From assembly GCF_006345805.1 (NCBI RefSeq), contig NC_043014.1, positions 47,492,001 through 47,556,000 of the forward strand: a stretch of DNA of 64,000 nt. Reading direction: 5' to 3'. Shown piece after piece: positions 62,939 through 64,000 of this stretch. A program made the position numbers and the translations under genes. Numbering within the stretch: the first letter of the stretch is position 1; every line of letters starts with the position of its first letter. This DNA comes from Octopus sinensis (Eukaryota). The notes beneath the pieces were generated by a model. That model saw nothing but the letters and a program-made list of their open reading frames with translations, made no database searches and was not told the DNA's origin.

Positions 62939-63099
62939 CTGTCAAATAACAGTTACTGTACACTATCAACATTGAACATTATTTTACAAAGCAATTATTG
63001 CAAAGGTTTATAGGTTCCCTATTTGACACTTACTGAGACAAACCAGTGTGGATGCATCAGGAGTATTCTTAATAGGGCTGGACATGTGTGGCTGCGATC

Positions 63100-64000
63100 T
63101 CACTTTAGCTGCCTATTTTTCTCAATCACAACATATCTCCAAAGGTCCCGATCTCCTATCATTGCCTCTGTGAGGCCCAATGTTTGAAGGCCATGCTTCA
63201 CCACCTCATCCCATGTCTTCCCGAGTCTACCTCTTCCACAGGTTCTTTCTACAGTTAGGGAGTGGCACTTCTTCACACAGCTGTCTTCATTCATACGTAA
63301 CACATGACTATACCAGCGCAATTGCCTCTCTTGCACACCAACTTTTCTCTCGGGGCACTTACACTCTGTCGTGTATGCACACTGACATTACACATCCAGC
63401 AGATCATACTAACTTCATTTTTTACAAGCCTACGCATGTCCTCGGCATTCATGGCCCATATTTCACATGTGACATGGCAGTATGCACACATGCACCATAC
63501 AGTCTACCTTTCACCTTGAGCAAGAGGCCCTTAGTTGCCAGCAGAGGTAGGAGCTCCCTGAACTTTGCCCAGGATATTCTTACTCTAGTCACTACACTCT
63601 CAGAGCAACTACCCCAACTACAGATTTAGTCACCTAGGTAGCAGAAGCTATTAACTACTTCTAGTTTCTTCCCCTGGCATGTGATGGAATCTGTTTTCTG
63701 TACAACTTCAGTGTTTATTTCCCCAGTGCATCTGCCACACACAAAAACTATTTTCCCACTTAACCTCGCTTTGATATTGCTGCGCCTTTTATGTCTTCAT
63801 AGCTTACACTGGGTACATCATATGGAGTTTCTACCCACACCTTTCTACAGATCAAGCAGGGCCATCTACCTGAGGCAGGTTGTGATTTGACAGCCTTCCT
63901 ACTTACTAAGACTTTGGTTTTGGCTAGGTTAACCCTAAGGCCCTTCAATACTAGATATTGCTTCCACACCCTAAACTTCATCTCCAGTTCTGGTAGTGAC
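63100..64000 (-). mobile_element. RTE-clade LINE fragment, same family as 37811
   Basis: KGLRVNLAKTKVL..LRWYSHVLRM..GRGRLGKTWDEVV; frameshifted. Confidence 0.85.

Overview
Eukaryotic, AT-rich, repeat-dense DNA. The SINE/LINE families and microsatellite load look like an Octopus-type coleoid cephalopod (inferred). Most of the window is the 3' part of a + strand ARHGAP32/33-like (CdGAPr/PX-RICS) gene. I could join 15 coding exons by GT-AG sites and consistent phase (end of PX, SH3, RhoGAP with intact arginine finger, then a 5.3-kb terminal exon; about 2,360 aa in the window), followed by a ~2.5-kb 3' UTR with no recognisable SINE. Two extra frame-preserving cassette exons are predicted in the SH3-GAP linker, one with a GC donor. 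A convergent lachesin/IgLON-like Ig gene ends on the - strand at about 60.4-62.9 kb. Introns hold tRNA-derived SINEs, RTE/CR1/Tx1 LINE fragments, mariner relics, MITEs, a Helitron and minisatellites. The most notable unannotated signal is a coherent set of three things: (i) a decayed Penelope-like element (RT thumb plus GIY-YIG); (ii) several (TA)n-embedded hairpin elements with an arm-loop-arm'-tail layout; and (iii) type I hammerhead ribozyme motifs in some of them, including an apparently intact one on the sense strand about 350 nt past the RhoGAP poly(A) signal. Most ORFs in the supplied track are repeat artefacts.
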